This document shows, piece after piece, positions 19,564-31,128 of a stretch of DNA of 64,000 nucleotides. The stretch comes from Chromatiaceae bacterium (GTDB lineage Bacteria; Pseudomonadota; Gammaproteobacteria; Chromatiales; Chromatiaceae): contig JALWWO010000019.1 in the NCBI GenBank assembly GCA_027078745.1, positions 354,596-418,595 of the forward strand, in the 5' to 3' direction. Within the stretch, counting starts at the first letter, position 1. Every line of letters starts with the position of its first letter. The position numbers and the translations under genes are program-made. The notes below the pieces were generated by a model. That model made no database searches, was not told the DNA's origin, and was given only the letters and a program-made list of their open reading frames with translations.

Positions 19564-20655
19564 TTGGGCCACCGAATCCGGCGGGTTCAGCTGCATCGGT
19601 ATCAACTGCCCCTGCGGAAACCCTGGCGGTTTCATCGCCGGAATAGGTGCGTGCGTTCCGGCTGGCTGGTGGGGTTGGAAGATGCCGCAGGCCGCTGGGG
19701 TTGGGGGGAAGCTGCGCCTTTGCCTGATCTGGGCACGGAAGATCTGGACACCTGCGGGCGCTGGCTGCGCAACCGCCTGAAGAGTGCGCGCGGCACCTGT
19801 CCAGAATCGCTTCTGCACGCCCTGCCGCCGGCACCCTCCCCCACACCGGCCGCCCGCTGCGGGTTGGAAATGGCGCTGCTGGATCTGTTGGCTCAAGCAG
19901 AAGGCCAATCTCTGGCCCGTTTCCTGTGCCACCGAGCGGCCCGAGCCGTGTCCCTGAGCGCGATGCTGGGCAGTCTGACTGCCGTTGCGGTCTCCACCAT
20001 CCAAACGGCTAGGGCATCGGGCTTCTCCCAAGGCAAGCTCAAACTGGGCTTAGCCCCGCCTGAGCAGGAGCAAGCGCAGCTCCAGGCGCTCTGCACAGCT
20101 CTGCCATCTGGATTTCAGCTGCGCTTGGATGCCAACGGGGCCTGGTCGTTCCCAACTGCCCAAACATTTCTCAGCACCCTGGAAAAACTGCCCGTCGCCC
20201 TGTTGGAAGAACCGCTGCGCCAGCCTACGCCCGAGGCGTTCCGGCATCTGCAACGGCAAACCCCGATCCCCCTGGGTGTGGATGAGTCCCTGACGATCTG
20301 GTCGCGGGCCGGGCTTGCCCTGCAGCGCCCGCCCTCGGTGGTTCTCCTCAAACCCCAGTTGCAGGGGGGACTCTTGCCCAGCTTGGCCTTGGCCCGGGAA
20401 GCTGGAGAACTCGGCTTGCATCGGCTGGCCACGACCTCTGTCGATGGGGCTTTGGGCACCTGGGCCACAGCTCATCTGGCGGCGGCCTTGGACGCGTTGG
20501 GCCACACGCTGCCCCACGGACTGGCCACCAGCCGTTGGCTGGCGCGGGATCTGGCAGCGCCACCGGAGATTCGAGCCGGCAAGCTCTGGCTGCCCGAACG
20601 GCCTGGGCTGGGCTGTGCGCCCGATCCGGCCGCCCTCAGGGGTCCAACGCCTTGA
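19564..20655 (+). CDS. menC: o-Succinylbenzoate synthase (enolase superfamily)
   Basis: Enolase-superfamily fold with a KxK motif (QGKLKLG) and metal-ligand Asp/Glu positions (LDANGAW, EEP, GVDES). TTG start, so the start is uncertain. Confidence 0.7.
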   Translation: MGHRIRRVQLHRYQLPLRKPWRFHRRNRCVRSGWLVGLEDAAGRWGWGEAAPLPDLGTEDLDTCGRWLRNRLKSARGTCPESLLHALPPAPSPTPAARCGLEMALLDLLAQAEGQSLARFLCHRAARAVSLSAMLGSLTAVAVSTIQTARASGFSQGKLKLGLAPPEQEQAQLQALCTALPSGFQLRLDANGAWSFPTAQTFLSTLEKLPVALLEEPLRQPTPEAFRHLQRQTPIPLGVDESLTIWSRAGLALQRPPSVVLLKPQLQGGLLPSLALAREAGELGLHRLATTSVDGALGTWATAHLAAALDALGHTLPHGLATSRWLARDLAAPPEIRAGKLWLPERPGLGCAPDPAALRGPTP

Positions 20656-22036
20656 CCCAAGCCCGCAGCGTTCGCCGATCCAACTTCCCCTGGGCATTGC
20701 GGGGCAACTGATCCACCCGATAGAACGCCTTGGGCCGCCAAGCGCCTCGCAGATGGCGTTGCGCATAGGCGGCGAGGGTCTCCGGTGGCACCTCTCCCCG
20801 ATACAGCAGGACAAGCCGTTCCCCCCAGTGTGGATCGGGGCGCGCGGTCAGGGCCGCTTCTTCTACGCCGGTGCACTGGGTCAACTGGGCCTCCACGAGC
20901 TGAGGATGAACCTTTTCCCCCCCGCTGATGAGCACATCATCCGCCCGTCCCGAGATCCTAAGCATTCCCCCCTGTTCCCAGCTGCCTAGATCCCCCGTAT
21001 CCAGCCAACCCCCTTTCAAGCCCAGACCGAGCCGCCCTTGGGGATTGGCATAACCCCGCATCAGGGCGGGACCTCGCACCCAGATGCGTCCCAGGCCCTG
21101 TTCATCGGGTTCCCCAATGCGCACTTGGAAGCCCGGCAGGGGTTTGCCCACTCGACCCGCTGCCAAGCCCGTTTCCGACCCGCACCAGGTGGCCACCTGA
21201 GAACTGGTTTCCGTCATGCCATAGGTCACGCATAGGGGCCAGCGGGCTGCCTGAGCGCGGCGGGCCAGACTGGGATCCAGGGATGCCCCACCCACCAGCA
21301 GGACGCGCAGGCTCGGCGGTGGGGGTCGATCCCCGCTCTGCGCCAGCAGACGGGCGAGCAGGGTGGGCACCAGGGAAAGATGGGTGATGGGATGTCGCTG
21401 CAGGGTCTCCCAAACCGCTTGGGCTTGAAAGCGCTCTTGCAACCACAGGGTGGCACCGGCGGCCAGGCACCGGCAGAGGAGGGCGAGCCCCCCGATGTGA
21501 TAGAGGGAAAGGCAGTGCAGCCAGCAATCCCCTGGATAGAGGGGGATGCGCGCCTGAGAAGCCCGCACCGAAGCCGCGAGATTCGCCGCGCTGAGATAGA
21601 CCCCTTTGGGCGCACCAGTGGAACCGCTGGTAAAGAGCACCCATTGGGGCAGGAATCGGCGCGGGTCGATTCCCAGGGGGACCCAGGCCCTGCCGGAAGC
21701 GCGGAGGCGTCGAAGAATTTCGCTAGGCTGTTCGCAGGTCGCCGTTCGAAGCAGTTGTTCCCGCAGGGGCTCGGGCAATTTTGGATCGAGGGGCAGCAGG
21801 GGAATACCCGTTCGGAGGGAAGCATAGGCTATCCAGGCGAGTTGCCAGCGGGATTCGGCGGAGACCACAAGCCCCTGATCGGCTGCTGGCTGTTCCCGCC
21901 GGAGCTGGTGCCCCCATCGGGTGGACAGATCCAGCAGGGCGGGAAAGCGGAGGGCATTCCCGCCTCGGATCAAGGCGATGTGTTGGGGCCAACGGCGGCT
22001 GCTGCGTTGAAACCAATGGCGGGGATTTCTGTACAA
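20636..22036 (-). CDS. menE: o-Succinylbenzoate--CoA ligase (AMP-binding)
   Basis: 466 aa with the AMP-binding motif (TSGSTGAPKG). It lies convergent with menC and overlaps it. Confidence 0.75.
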   Translation of the reverse strand: MYRNPRHWFQRSSRRWPQHIALIRGGNALRFPALLDLSTRWGHQLRREQPAADQGLVVSAESRWQLAWIAYASLRTGIPLLPLDPKLPEPLREQLLRTATCEQPSEILRRLRASGRAWVPLGIDPRRFLPQWVLFTSGSTGAPKGVYLSAANLAASVRASQARIPLYPGDCWLHCLSLYHIGGLALLCRCLAAGATLWLQERFQAQAVWETLQRHPITHLSLVPTLLARLLAQSGDRPPPPSLRVLLVGGASLDPSLARRAQAARWPLCVTYGMTETSSQVATWCGSETGLAAGRVGKPLPGFQVRIGEPDEQGLGRIWVRGPALMRGYANPQGRLGLGLKGGWLDTGDLGSWEQGGMLRISGRADDVLISGGEKVHPQLVEAQLTQCTGVEEAALTARPDPHWGERLVLLYRGEVPPETLAAYAQRHLRGAWRPKAFYRVDQLPRNAQGKLDRRTLRAWVKALDP

Positions 22037-22121
22037 TCGCTTGCTTTACCAGGAAAAATCAGTTAACCTTATAAAGATCAGGAGGAAGGGGGCGGAAACG
22101 TTCTCCGAGATGCGCTTAGGA

Positions 22122-22197
22122 CCCCGATTACGGGGTTTTTTTTGCTTCCCCGCAGGCGACGTCGGGCAAGAATGGGCCGCTGGCCCATTTTTTATTT
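22122..22197 (+). terminator. Two consecutive intrinsic-terminator-like hairpins in the leader upstream of rimP-nusA-infB
   Basis: Hairpin 1 is CCCCG-ATTA-CGGGG followed by T8. Hairpin 2 is GGGCC-GCT-GGCCC followed by ATTTTTTATTT. Both lie on the + strand just before the rimP ATG. Confidence 0.5.
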
Positions 22198-22213
22198 AGC
22201 CACCTAGGGAATC

Positions 22214-22675
22214 GTGGCCATGAGACAGATGCGAGAAGACTTAACCGCATTGATCCGGATGACGGTAGAACCCATGGGCTATGAACTCTTGGGAGTGGAA
22301 TACCTGCAGCCCGGTGGGAGCACCCTGTTGCGCATCTATATCGATGGGGAAAACGGGATCACCCCGGACGATTGCGCCGCCGTGAGCCATCAGGTCAGCG
22401 GGGTCTTGGACGTGGAAGATCCTATCCCTGGGCAGTATACCTTGGAAGTTTCTTCCCCGGGACTGGACCGCCCCTTGTTCACCTCGGCACATTATCAGCG
22501 TTTTACAGGCAGGCGAGCGAAGGTCAGACTTCGGGAAAAGCTCGGCGGACGGCGCCGCTTTGAAGGTGTGCTTCAGGGCATCCAAGAAGGGTATCTGCTC
22601 CTACAGGGAGAAGAAGCCCTCTTTCGATTGCCCCTCGATCAGATCGAATCGGCGCGTCTGGTACCTGAACTCTGA
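22214..22675 (+). CDS. rimP: Ribosome maturation factor RimP
   Basis: 153 aa RimP family protein in the conserved position upstream of nusA. Confidence 0.9.
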   Translation: MAMRQMREDLTALIRMTVEPMGYELLGVEYLQPGGSTLLRIYIDGENGITPDDCAAVSHQVSGVLDVEDPIPGQYTLEVSSPGLDRPLFTSAHYQRFTGRRAKVRLREKLGGRRRFEGVLQGIQEGYLLLQGEEALFRLPLDQIESARLVPEL

Positions 22676-22691
22676 TTCGGGATGGGTTCTT

Positions 22692-24416
22692 ATGAAAAAA
22701 GAAATGCTCTTGGTCGTCGAAGCGGTTTCCAACGAAAAGGACGTGCCCAAAGAAGTGATCTTTGAGGCCATGGAAGCCGCGCTCGCTTCGGCCATTCGCA
22801 AAAAATTGGGTGCAGAGGCGGACATTCGAGTCGCCATCGACCGCACCACTGGAGAATACCAGGTATTCCGCCGCTGGGAAGTGGTGGAAGATGAAGCCTG
22901 CACGCTACCGGAACGGCAGCGTCCCCTTTCCGAAGCCCAAAAACAGGATGCGAATCTGACCCCAGGTGCCTGGATCGAAGAGCCCCTGCGCGTTGAACTC
23001 GGCGGGCGGATCACTGCGCAAGCCGCCAAGCAAGTGATCGTGCAGCGGGTGCGGGAGGCAGAGCGAGCGAAGATCGTAGAAGCTTACCGAGCGCGCAAGG
23101 GAGAATTGGTCACTGGTGTGGTCAAACGCGTGGAGCGAGGCAATGTGTTTCTCGATCTAGGAGACAATGCGGAAGCCCTGATCCCGAGAAGCCAAGTGAT
23201 TCCCGGGGAATCCGTTCGTCCAGGCGATCGGTTGCGGGGCTATCTCTTCGAGGTGAGGCCGGAGCCCAAGGGACCGCAGCTGTTCGTGAGCCGTACCGCG
23301 CCGGAACTGATGATCGAACTGTTCAAGTTAGAAGTGCCCGAAGTTGGGGAAGGACTGATTGAGATTCTCGGTGCGGTCCGGGATCCTGGTGCGCGGCGAG
23401 CCAAGATCGCCGTGCGCACCAAAGATAAACGCATCGATCCGGTAGGTGCCTGTGTGGGCATGCGGGGCTCTCGGGTCCAGGCCGTTTCCAACGAGCTGAA
23501 CAGGGAACAAGTAGATATCATCCTATGGAATGAAAATCCCGCCCTGTTCGTCATCAATGCCATGTCTCCGGCGGAGGTCGTTTCTATCGTCATCGATGAA
23601 GAGGCCCATAGCATGGATGTTGTGGTCAAGGAAGAAAGCCTGCGCAAGGCCATCGGTGCTAACGGACAGAATGTGCGCCTGGCCAGCCAGCTCACAGGTT
23701 GGACCCTGAACGTCATGAGCGAGGCGGAGGCGGCGGAGAAACAAGCTCGGGAAAACCGCAAGTTGGTGAACTATTTCATGGATCAACTCGGGGTGGACGA
23801 AGAGATCGGAACGATCCTGGTAGAAGCGGGGTTTTCCACCATTGATGAAGTAGCCTATGTGCCCCGAGAAGAACTCTTAGCTATCGAGGAATTCGACGAA
23901 GGTTTAGTGAATCAACTGCGGGACCTCGCTAAGGATGTGCTGTTGACGCGAGCCATCGCCAGCGAAGAAGAGCTGGAACGGGCAGAACCCCGGGTTTTCG
24001 GGGATCTGGAGGGGATGGACGCGGCTCTAGAAGCCAAGCTGCGCCAGCAGGGAATCAACACCTTGGAAGCCCTGGCGGAACAATCGGTAGATGAATTGGT
24101 GGAGCAGACGGGTATAGGGGAAGCGCTAGCAGCGAAGCTCATCATGCAGGCTAGGGAACCCTGGTTCGCCCAGGCAGCGCAGCAATCGCCACCCGCTGCG
24201 AAGTCAAGAGCTGTTCCCCAAGCCCTAGGGGATCTGAAGGGGATGGATGCGGCTTTGGAAGCCAAGCTGCGCCAACAGGGAATCAACACCTTGGAAGCCC
24301 TGGCGGAACAATCGGTAGATGAATTGGTGGAACAGACGGGTATAGAAAAAGCGCTGGCGGCACAGCTCATCATGCAGGCTAGGGAACCCTGGTTCGCCCA
24401 GGCAGAGAACGAGTAG
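22692..24416 (+). CDS. nusA: Transcription termination/antitermination factor NusA (C-terminal acidic-repeat domain tandemly duplicated, near-identical copies)
   Basis: N-terminal domain ([18 protein letters not shown]...), then S1 and KH domains. Two about 95% identical 178-nt C-terminal repeats follow, at 24001-24178 and 24228-24405. Confidence 0.95.
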   Translation: MKKEMLLVVEAVSNEKDVPKEVIFEAMEAALASAIRKKLGAEADIRVAIDRTTGEYQVFRRWEVVEDEACTLPERQRPLSEAQKQDANLTPGAWIEEPLRVELGGRITAQAAKQVIVQRVREAERAKIVEAYRARKGELVTGVVKRVERGNVFLDLGDNAEALIPRSQVIPGESVRPGDRLRGYLFEVRPEPKGPQLFVSRTAPELMIELFKLEVPEVGEGLIEILGAVRDPGARRAKIAVRTKDKRIDPVGACVGMRGSRVQAVSNELNREQVDIILWNENPALFVINAMSPAEVVSIVIDEEAHSMDVVVKEESLRKAIGANGQNVRLASQLTGWTLNVMSEAEAAEKQARENRKLVNYFMDQLGVDEEIGTILVEAGFSTIDEVAYVPREELLAIEEFDEGLVNQLRDLAKDVLLTRAIASEEELERAEPRVFGDLEGMDAALEAKLRQQGINTLEALAEQSVDELVEQTGIGEALAAKLIMQAREPWFAQAAQQSPPAAKSRAVPQALGDLKGMDAALEAKLRQQGINTLEALAEQSVDELVEQTGIEKALAAQLIMQAREPWFAQAENE

Positions 24417-24433
24417 GGCGGAGGTGATCGCGT

Positions 24434-27118
24434 ATGAGTGAAGTGACGGTTAAACAACTCGCCAACACGGTGGGCATCCCGGTGGAACGCCTCCTTTCCC
24501 AACTCAAGGAAGCAGGTGTCGCCGCAAGCGATGGAGATCAAGTGCTCTCTGAGCAAGAAAAAATGCAATTGCTCAGCCATCTGCGCCGCAGTCACGGTAA
24601 AAAGGCGGAAGGAGGCGGCGTGCCTGGACGCATCACTTTGCGCCGGAAATCTGTTACTGAACTGCGACAACCGGTCACGGGCACACGGAGCACAGGACAA
24701 GTGCGTGCGGCCACCCGGACCAAAACGGTCAGCGTTGAGGTGCGACGCAAGCGCACCTACGTAAAACGCACGTCTGTAGAACCCTCCCCGGCCCAAGAAA
24801 AAACCAGCGCTCGGGCTGCGCGGAACCCGTTGGAGGAAGTGCGGCGGCGGGAGACGTTAGAAGCGCGGCGTGCGGAAGAAGAAGCCCGCCGCTTGGCAGA
24901 GCGAGAAGAACAGGAACGAAAAGCTCGAGAGGAACAGGAGCGCCGGCGAGCGGAGGAAGAGGCTCGGCGACGGGCGGAGGAGGAAGCCAAACAGCGTGCA
25001 GAGGAGGAAGCCAAACGGCGTGCAGAGGAAGAAGCCCGCCGCAAGGAAGCCCAAGCGCGCACTCAGCAGGCAGAGGAAACTGTATCTAAGGAAAAACCGA
25101 CTCGAAGCAAGCCCCGTAAGGCAGCGGCCAAAGGCACGGTATCGGATGCCAAGGGACGCAAGCGTTCGGAAGGGGAACGGGAGCGTTCTGCGAAGAAGGC
25201 AGCCCGCAAGGATGCCTTGCGCGCTCGAGATCTGCCTCCTGAAATCGAATACGAGGAAGAATTCGAAGGGGAACTCTCTCCAGAACCCCGACCCACCCGG
25301 AAAAAGCGCTCCAAGAAACCGCAGGATAAGCACGGCCTTCCGCAGAAAGCTAAAGTCGTCCGCAAGGTGGAGATTCCCGAATCCATCCCGGTATCTGATC
25401 TGGCCGCCCGCATGTCGGTCAAAGCGGCGGAAGTAATACAGGAACTCTTCAAGCAGGGCGTGGCGGTGACCATCAACCAATCTATCGATCGGGATACCGC
25501 CATTCTGCTCGTGGAGGAAATGGGTCACATTCCGGTTCCCATCGAAGAGGAAGATTTGGAAACCCGCCTCATGGCGGAGCTTGAACAGGAGCTGAAGCAG
25601 GCAGAGGAAAAACCTCGGCCGCCGGTGGTCACCATCATGGGACATGTGGACCACGGCAAGACCTCCTTGTTGGATTTCATCCGCCGGACTCGGGTTGCTG
25701 CCAAAGAAGCGGGCGGCATCACTCAGCACATCGGTGCCTATCATGTGCGGACTGACCAAGGCACCATCACCTTCTTGGATACACCAGGCCATGAGGCCTT
25801 TTCCGCCATGCGCGCCCGAGGTGCTCGGGTGACGGACATCGTAGTCCTCGTGGTGGCCGCAGACGACGGCGTCATGCCCCAGACCATCGAAGCTATTCAA
25901 CATGCTCGAGCCTCGAATGTGCCCATCATCGTGGCTATCAACAAGATCGATAAGCCCGACGCAAACCCAGATCGGGTGATGCAGGAATTGACCCGGCACG
26001 AGATCGTTCCGGAGGAATGGGGTGGGGATACCATGGCGGTGCAAGTATCCGCCAAGACCGGCGCGGGCATCGATGAGCTGCTCGATGCCATCCTGCTGCA
26101 AGCGGAGCTCTTAGAGCTGCGCGCCCCCGTGGAGGGTCCTGCGCGGGGCACTATCATCGAATCTTCCCTAGATCGGGGACGGGGTTATGTCGCCACTGTA
26201 CTAGTCCAAGCGGGCACCCTCCGGCGGGGAGATACGGTCGTGAGTGGCACCGCATTCGGACGAGTTCGCGCCCTTTTCGATGAAAACGGCCGTGCCGTGA
26301 AGGAGGCCGGGCCTTCGATCCCCGTTCAGCTCTTAGGCCTTTCTGGGGCTCCCAATGCCGGGGAAGCTCTGGTAGTCGTGCGGGAGGAGAAGCAGGCCCG
26401 AGAAGTGGCCCAGCTCCGCGCAGAGCGGGAGCGGAAGAGCAAGTTGGAGGAACAGCGAGCTACGAGCCTGGATCAGCTCTTTTCCCAGCTCAAGGAAGGC
26501 GAGGTCAAGACTGTCAACCTCCTGCTGAAGGCCGATGTGCAAGGCAGCTTGGAAGCGCTGCGGGAAAGCCTGCTCAAACTGTCCACGGAGGAAGTGCAGG
26601 TGAACATCGTGGGAGCAGGTGTCGGGGGGATCACCGAATCCGATGCCAACTTGGCTGTGACCACCAACGCGATCCTGTTAGGCTTCAATGTGCGGGCCGA
26701 TGCGGCAGCTCGGCGGGTGATCGAAGAAAAGGGATTGGATCTGCGCTATTACAGTGTCATCTATGAACTCATTCAGGATGTGGAAAAAGCCCTTTCCGGC
26801 CTGCTGAGCCCAGAGATTTCCGAAGAAATCATCGGATTAGCCCAGGTGCGGGAAGTCTTCCGCTCTTCCAAGTTCGGGACCATCGCCGGCTGCATGGTGT
26901 TAGAAGGAGTCATCAAGCGCAACAATCCCATCCGGGTGTTGCGGGATAACGTGGTGATCTACGAAGGCGTGCTGGAGTCCCTGCGGCGTTTCAAGGAAGA
27001 TGTACAGGAAGTCAAAGCGGGCATGGAATGTGGTGTCGGTGTCAAGCATTACAACGATGTGCGAGTGGGCGATCAGATCGAAGTCTTCGAACGCACGGAA
27101 AAAGCCCGTACCTTGTAG
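24434..27118 (+). CDS. infB: Translation initiation factor IF-2
   Basis: 894 aa. There is a low-complexity [14 protein letters not shown] region, a G-domain ([19 protein letters not shown]) and a C-terminal IF2 domain. Confidence 0.97.
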   Translation: MSEVTVKQLANTVGIPVERLLSQLKEAGVAASDGDQVLSEQEKMQLLSHLRRSHGKKAEGGGVPGRITLRRKSVTELRQPVTGTRSTGQVRAATRTKTVSVEVRRKRTYVKRTSVEPSPAQEKTSARAARNPLEEVRRRETLEARRAEEEARRLAEREEQERKAREEQERRRAEEEARRRAEEEAKQRAEEEAKRRAEEEARRKEAQARTQQAEETVSKEKPTRSKPRKAAAKGTVSDAKGRKRSEGERERSAKKAARKDALRARDLPPEIEYEEEFEGELSPEPRPTRKKRSKKPQDKHGLPQKAKVVRKVEIPESIPVSDLAARMSVKAAEVIQELFKQGVAVTINQSIDRDTAILLVEEMGHIPVPIEEEDLETRLMAELEQELKQAEEKPRPPVVTIMGHVDHGKTSLLDFIRRTRVAAKEAGGITQHIGAYHVRTDQGTITFLDTPGHEAFSAMRARGARVTDIVVLVVAADDGVMPQTIEAIQHARASNVPIIVAINKIDKPDANPDRVMQELTRHEIVPEEWGGDTMAVQVSAKTGAGIDELLDAILLQAELLELRAPVEGPARGTIIESSLDRGRGYVATVLVQAGTLRRGDTVVSGTAFGRVRALFDENGRAVKEAGPSIPVQLLGLSGAPNAGEALVVVREEKQAREVAQLRAERERKSKLEEQRATSLDQLFSQLKEGEVKTVNLLLKADVQGSLEALRESLLKLSTEEVQVNIVGAGVGGITESDANLAVTTNAILLGFNVRADAAARRVIEEKGLDLRYYSVIYELIQDVEKALSGLLSPEISEEIIGLAQVREVFRSSKFGTIAGCMVLEGVIKRNNPIRVLRDNVVIYEGVLESLRRFKEDVQEVKAGMECGVGVKHYNDVRVGDQIEVFERTEKARTL

Positions 27119-27124
27119 ACCCTC

Positions 27125-27475
27125 ATGGAAACCTTTGATCGAAGTCAGCGGGTCGGCGCTGCCCTGCGGCGGGCCCTCAGCGAGATCTTTCGCACCCAAG
27201 TGCGAGATCCCAGGGTGGGGAATCTCACCATTCAAGAAGTGCGCGTCAGTCGGGACCTGTCCCACGCCAAGGTTTATTTCACCTGTTTTCTTCAGGAAAC
27301 GGACCCCCGCATGCAGGAAAAACTGCTCAACGGTGCTCTGCGCGGATTTCTGCGCAGGCAGCTGGCTCAGCGGATCGCCTTGCGCGCGGCACCACAGCTT
27401 CGCTTTGTGTATGACGAATCCATTGCCTATGGCGACCGCCTGACCCGACTGATCGATGCATCGAATCCGGATTGA
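27125..27475 (+). CDS. rbfA: Ribosome-binding factor A
   Basis: 116 aa RbfA family protein located downstream of infB. Confidence 0.9.
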   Translation: METFDRSQRVGAALRRALSEIFRTQVRDPRVGNLTIQEVRVSRDLSHAKVYFTCFLQETDPRMQEKLLNGALRGFLRRQLAQRIALRAAPQLRFVYDESIAYGDRLTRLIDASNPD

Positions 27476-27487
27476 TCCCTGATCTCT

Positions 27488-28414
27488 ATGCGTAGCAAAC
27501 CTAAAAAAGGGCGGAAGGTCGACGGTATCCTACTGTTGGACAAACCCCCCTCTTGGACCTCGAACGAGGCCCTGCAGCAAGTCAAGCGACTGTATCGGGC
27601 TGCCAAGGCTGGGCATACGGGCAGCTTGGATCCCTTAGCCACTGGCCTTTTGCCCATCTGTCTGGGTAACGCCACCAAATTTTCCGCTTATCTGCTCGAT
27701 GCGGACAAGCACTATCAGATGCGGATTCGCTTGGGCGAGACCACCACCACCGGCGATGCGGAAGGGGAATTGCTGGAAACCGCACCGACAGAAGGCATTG
27801 ATGCCGCCCGCGTGCAGGCGGTGTTATCCCAGTTCCAAGGGGAGATCGAACAATTGCCGCCCATGTATTCCGCCCTTAAGCATCAGGGCAAGCGGCTCTA
27901 TCAGCTGGCGCGGCAAGGCATCGAGGTGGACCGAAAGCCCCGAAAAGTTACCATCCACGCCATTCAGTTGACGGCTTTTGCGCTGCCCGAGTGTGAATTC
28001 CAGGTGCACTGCTCCAAGGGCACCTATATCCGCACCTTGGCGGAGGATTTGGGCAAAGCCCTGGGCTGCGGGGCCCATGTGATCGGGCTGCGGCGCACGG
28101 GCGTGGGGCCCTATCGGGAACCGGAATATGCGTTTATTCCCTTGGATCGATTGAAACAGCAGGCGGCGGAGGACCCCGCAAGCCTAGATGCTCTGTTGTT
28201 ACCCTTGGAGAGCGCCCTCGCCCACCGGCCTGCGGTGCAGCTCACGGAGGATGCGGCCTTCTACCTGCTTCAAGGACAAGCGGTGCTGGTGCCCCAGTCC
28301 CCTACGGAAGGCCTGGTGCGCCTCTATGATCCTTCGAACCTGTTTTTGGGCATCGGCTGTATCCTGGACGATGGTCGGGTGCAGCCGAAGCGATTGTTAC
28401 CGAGCGGCGCCTAA
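27488..28414 (+). CDS. truB: tRNA pseudouridine(55) synthase
   Basis: The catalytic Asp motif ([16 protein letters not shown]) and a PUA-like C-terminus are present. Confidence 0.95.
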   Translation: MRSKPKKGRKVDGILLLDKPPSWTSNEALQQVKRLYRAAKAGHTGSLDPLATGLLPICLGNATKFSAYLLDADKHYQMRIRLGETTTTGDAEGELLETAPTEGIDAARVQAVLSQFQGEIEQLPPMYSALKHQGKRLYQLARQGIEVDRKPRKVTIHAIQLTAFALPECEFQVHCSKGTYIRTLAEDLGKALGCGAHVIGLRRTGVGPYREPEYAFIPLDRLKQQAAEDPASLDALLLPLESALAHRPAVQLTEDAAFYLLQGQAVLVPQSPTEGLVRLYDPSNLFLGIGCILDDGRVQPKRLLPSGA

Positions 28415-28512
28415 ACGCGCCATTTATCCGCCCGGCCTTCTGGTCTCATTGTCGGAAGGCGCGCCGTCGAACGGCCCGGGCCTGTTTCCATCCCAGCATT
28501 GGAGAAATACCC

Positions 28513-28782
28513 ATGGCAATGAGTGCAGAAGACAAGCGCAAGATCATCGAGGCCTACCAGCGCAGCCCGGGGGACACGGGTTCCCCGGAAGTGCAGGTCG
28601 CCCTGTTGACCGCCCGCATTCAGGATCTCACCGGGCACTTCGTCCAGCACAAGGGTGACCACCATTCCCGCCGCGGTTTGGTACGCATGGTCAACCGCCG
28701 ACGCAAATTGCTGGATTACCTCAAGGCGAAGGACCTGGATCGCTATCGCACTCTGATCCGTCGCTTGGGGCTGCGGCGCTGA
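28513..28782 (+). CDS. rpsO: 30S ribosomal protein S15
   Basis: 89 aa with strongly S15-like sequence. Confidence 0.97.
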   Translation: MAMSAEDKRKIIEAYQRSPGDTGSPEVQVALLTARIQDLTGHFVQHKGDHHSRRGLVRMVNRRRKLLDYLKAKDLDRYRTLIRRLGLRR

Positions 28783-28840
28783 TAGCGCACCACCTGTGGC
28801 AGGCGGACCCCTGTTAACAAAACAGCATTAGGAAGTATCA

Positions 28841-30934
28841 GTGACCCCGATTCGCAAAACCTTTCAGCTCGGCGATCAGCGCATCATCCTAGAAACCGGT
28901 GAAATCGCACGCCAAGCAGATGGTGCCGTCTTGATCAATGTGGAAGACACTGTGGTGCTCGTCACCGTGGTGGCAGACAAGCGCCCTGGTCCGGAAAAGG
29001 ATTTCTTTCCCCTGACCGTGGACTATCAGGAAAAGACCTATGCGGCCGGGCGAATTCCGGGGGGGTTCTTCCGTCGGGAAGGACGGCCTTCGGAAGGGGA
29101 GATCCTCGCCGCCCGCCTCATCGACCGCCCCATCCGACCCCTTTTCCCCAAGGGCTATCACAAGGAGGTGCAGATCATCGCTACGGTGGTTTCCCTGAAT
29201 CCGGCGGTGAATCCCGAAGTGCCCGCCATGATCGGTGCTTCCGCCGCCCTGGCCATCTCCGGCCTGCCCTTTCAGGGGCCCATCGGCGCGGTGCGGGTGG
29301 GCTATAAGAACGGGCAATATCTGCTAAACCCTCCTTTCACCGGCCTGAGCTTGGACACGGATTTGGATCTCATCGTGGCGGGCACAGAGGAAGCCGTGCT
29401 CATGGTGGAATCCGAAGCGCGCGAGCTCTCCGAGGAAGTGATGCTAGGCGCCGTGCTCTTCGGTCATGAACAGATGCAGCCCATCATCCAGGCGATTCGG
29501 GAACTGGCGGCGGAAGTGAGTAAGCCCCCTCTGCCTTGGACGCCCCCGGAACCGGACAAAGCCTTAGAAGAAGCGGTGAAAGCCGCTGCGGAAGAACGCA
29601 TCGGGGATGCCTACCGCATCGCGGACAAAATGCGGCGTCATGCTGCCCTGGATGAGATCCGCAACTCCGTGGTGGAAGCCCTGAGCGGTGAAGGAACGGG
29701 GGACTGGACACCAGAACAGGTGATGGGCGCCATCGAACAGTTGGAAAAAGCGCTGGTGCGCGGTCGAATCCTCGCCGGAGAACCGCGGATCGATGGGCGG
29801 GATACCAAAACCGTGCGCCCCATCTCCATCCGAACTGGCGTGTTACCCAGAACCCACGGTTCTGCCCTCTTCACCCGCGGGGAAACCCAAGCCTTAGTCA
29901 TCACCACCCTGGGCACTGATCGGGATTCCCAGATCGTGGACGCTCTAGAGGGAGAGCGGCGGGAAAAGTTCATGCTCCACTATAATTTCCCCCCGTTCTG
30001 TGTGGGAGAAACCGGTCGGGTGGGCAGCCCCAAGCGGCGGGAAATCGGCCACGGGCGCCTTGCCAAGCGGGGGGTGCTCGCCTGTATGCCGAGCCCGGAA
30101 GAATTCCCGTATTCAATTCGGGTGGTCTCGGAGATCACTGAATCCAATGGCTCCAGCTCCATGGCCAGCGTCTGCGGCACCAGCCTTTCCCTCATGGATG
30201 CAGGGGTACCCATCAAGCGCGCCGTGGCCGGCGTGGCGATGGGACTCATCAAGGAGGGGGACCGCTTCGCCGTGCTCACGGACATCATGGGGGACGAAGA
30301 TCATCTGGGGGACATGGATTTCAAGGTGGCCGGCACCAAGGATGGCATCAATGCCTTGCAGATGGATATCAAGATTACCGGAATCACTAAGGAAATCATG
30401 GAAGTCGCCCTGGAACAGGCCAGGGAAGGGCGGTTACATATCCTGAACGCTATGAATCAGGTGATCGATGCCCATCGGGCGGAGATGTCCGAACACGCCC
30501 CCCGCATCATCGAGTTCCGCATTCACCCCGAGAAGATTCGGGATGTGATCGGCAAGGGCGGCGCGACCATCCGGGCCATCCAGGAGGAAACTGGCGCTAC
30601 TGTCGATGTCAGCGACGATGGCTTAGTCAAGATTTTCTCCGTGGTCAAGAGTGCTGGAGAAGCAGCGAAGAAGCGCATCGAGCTGATCACCGCCGATGTG
30701 GAAGTAGGCGCCGTCTATGAAGGCAAAGTCGTCCGCATCATGGATTTTGGGGCCTTCGTGACCATCCTGCCCGGGCGGGATGGATTGGTCCATATCTCCC
30801 AGATCAGCGACGAACGGGTGCAGAAGGTGAGCGATAGGCTCTCCGAAGGGGATCTGGTCAAAGTCAAAGTGCTAGAAGTCGACCGACAGGGCCGCATTCG
30901 CCTGAGCATGAAGGCGGTGGAGCAAGACGGATAG
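28841..30934 (+). CDS. pnp: Polyribonucleotide nucleotidyltransferase (PNPase)
   Basis: 697 aa with two RNase PH domains plus KH and S1 domains. GTG start. Confidence 0.97.
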   Translation: MTPIRKTFQLGDQRIILETGEIARQADGAVLINVEDTVVLVTVVADKRPGPEKDFFPLTVDYQEKTYAAGRIPGGFFRREGRPSEGEILAARLIDRPIRPLFPKGYHKEVQIIATVVSLNPAVNPEVPAMIGASAALAISGLPFQGPIGAVRVGYKNGQYLLNPPFTGLSLDTDLDLIVAGTEEAVLMVESEARELSEEVMLGAVLFGHEQMQPIIQAIRELAAEVSKPPLPWTPPEPDKALEEAVKAAAEERIGDAYRIADKMRRHAALDEIRNSVVEALSGEGTGDWTPEQVMGAIEQLEKALVRGRILAGEPRIDGRDTKTVRPISIRTGVLPRTHGSALFTRGETQALVITTLGTDRDSQIVDALEGERREKFMLHYNFPPFCVGETGRVGSPKRREIGHGRLAKRGVLACMPSPEEFPYSIRVVSEITESNGSSSMASVCGTSLSLMDAGVPIKRAVAGVAMGLIKEGDRFAVLTDIMGDEDHLGDMDFKVAGTKDGINALQMDIKITGITKEIMEVALEQAREGRLHILNAMNQVIDAHRAEMSEHAPRIIEFRIHPEKIRDVIGKGGATIRAIQEETGATVDVSDDGLVKIFSVVKSAGEAAKKRIELITADVEVGAVYEGKVVRIMDFGAFVTILPGRDGLVHISQISDERVQKVSDRLSEGDLVKVKVLEVDRQGRIRLSMKAVEQDG

Positions 30935-31056
30935 CACACCCTTCTTTTGAGGTCTCGCGCTGCGTCCCAGGGTGCCGGTTCTCGTTGCCGGCCCGGTGCG
31001 CCCAAGCCACTCGCGGATTGCTCGGCGTATGCCGACCTGCGCGGATCTTGAAAGCC

Positions 31057-31128
31057 AGTAAACTAGCTCAACGGTAGAGCGACCGACGGGTAATCGGTAG
31101 GTTGAGGGTTCGAATCCCTCGTTTACTC
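31057..31128 (+). tRNA. tRNA-like cloverleaf (Thr-GGU-like) with non-canonical anticodon loop (C32-G33), an A1:U72 pair and no encoded CCA; possible pseudo-tRNA or tRNA-like element
   Basis: Manual fold: acceptor stem AGTAAAC/GTTTACT; D-arm GCTC-AACGGTA-GAGC; anticodon arm ACCGA-CGGGTAA-TCGGT; variable loop AGGTT; T-arm GAGGG-TTCGAAT-CCCTC; discriminator C. The T-loop is canonical but position 33 is G, not U. Confidence 0.45.

Noticed and set aside
24840-25060. Highly repetitive [15 protein letters not shown] coding repeat in infB
   Set aside because: Low-complexity charged linker regions are a normal feature of the IF-2 N-terminal region in many bacteria. It is neither a mobile element nor a CRISPR-like repeat.
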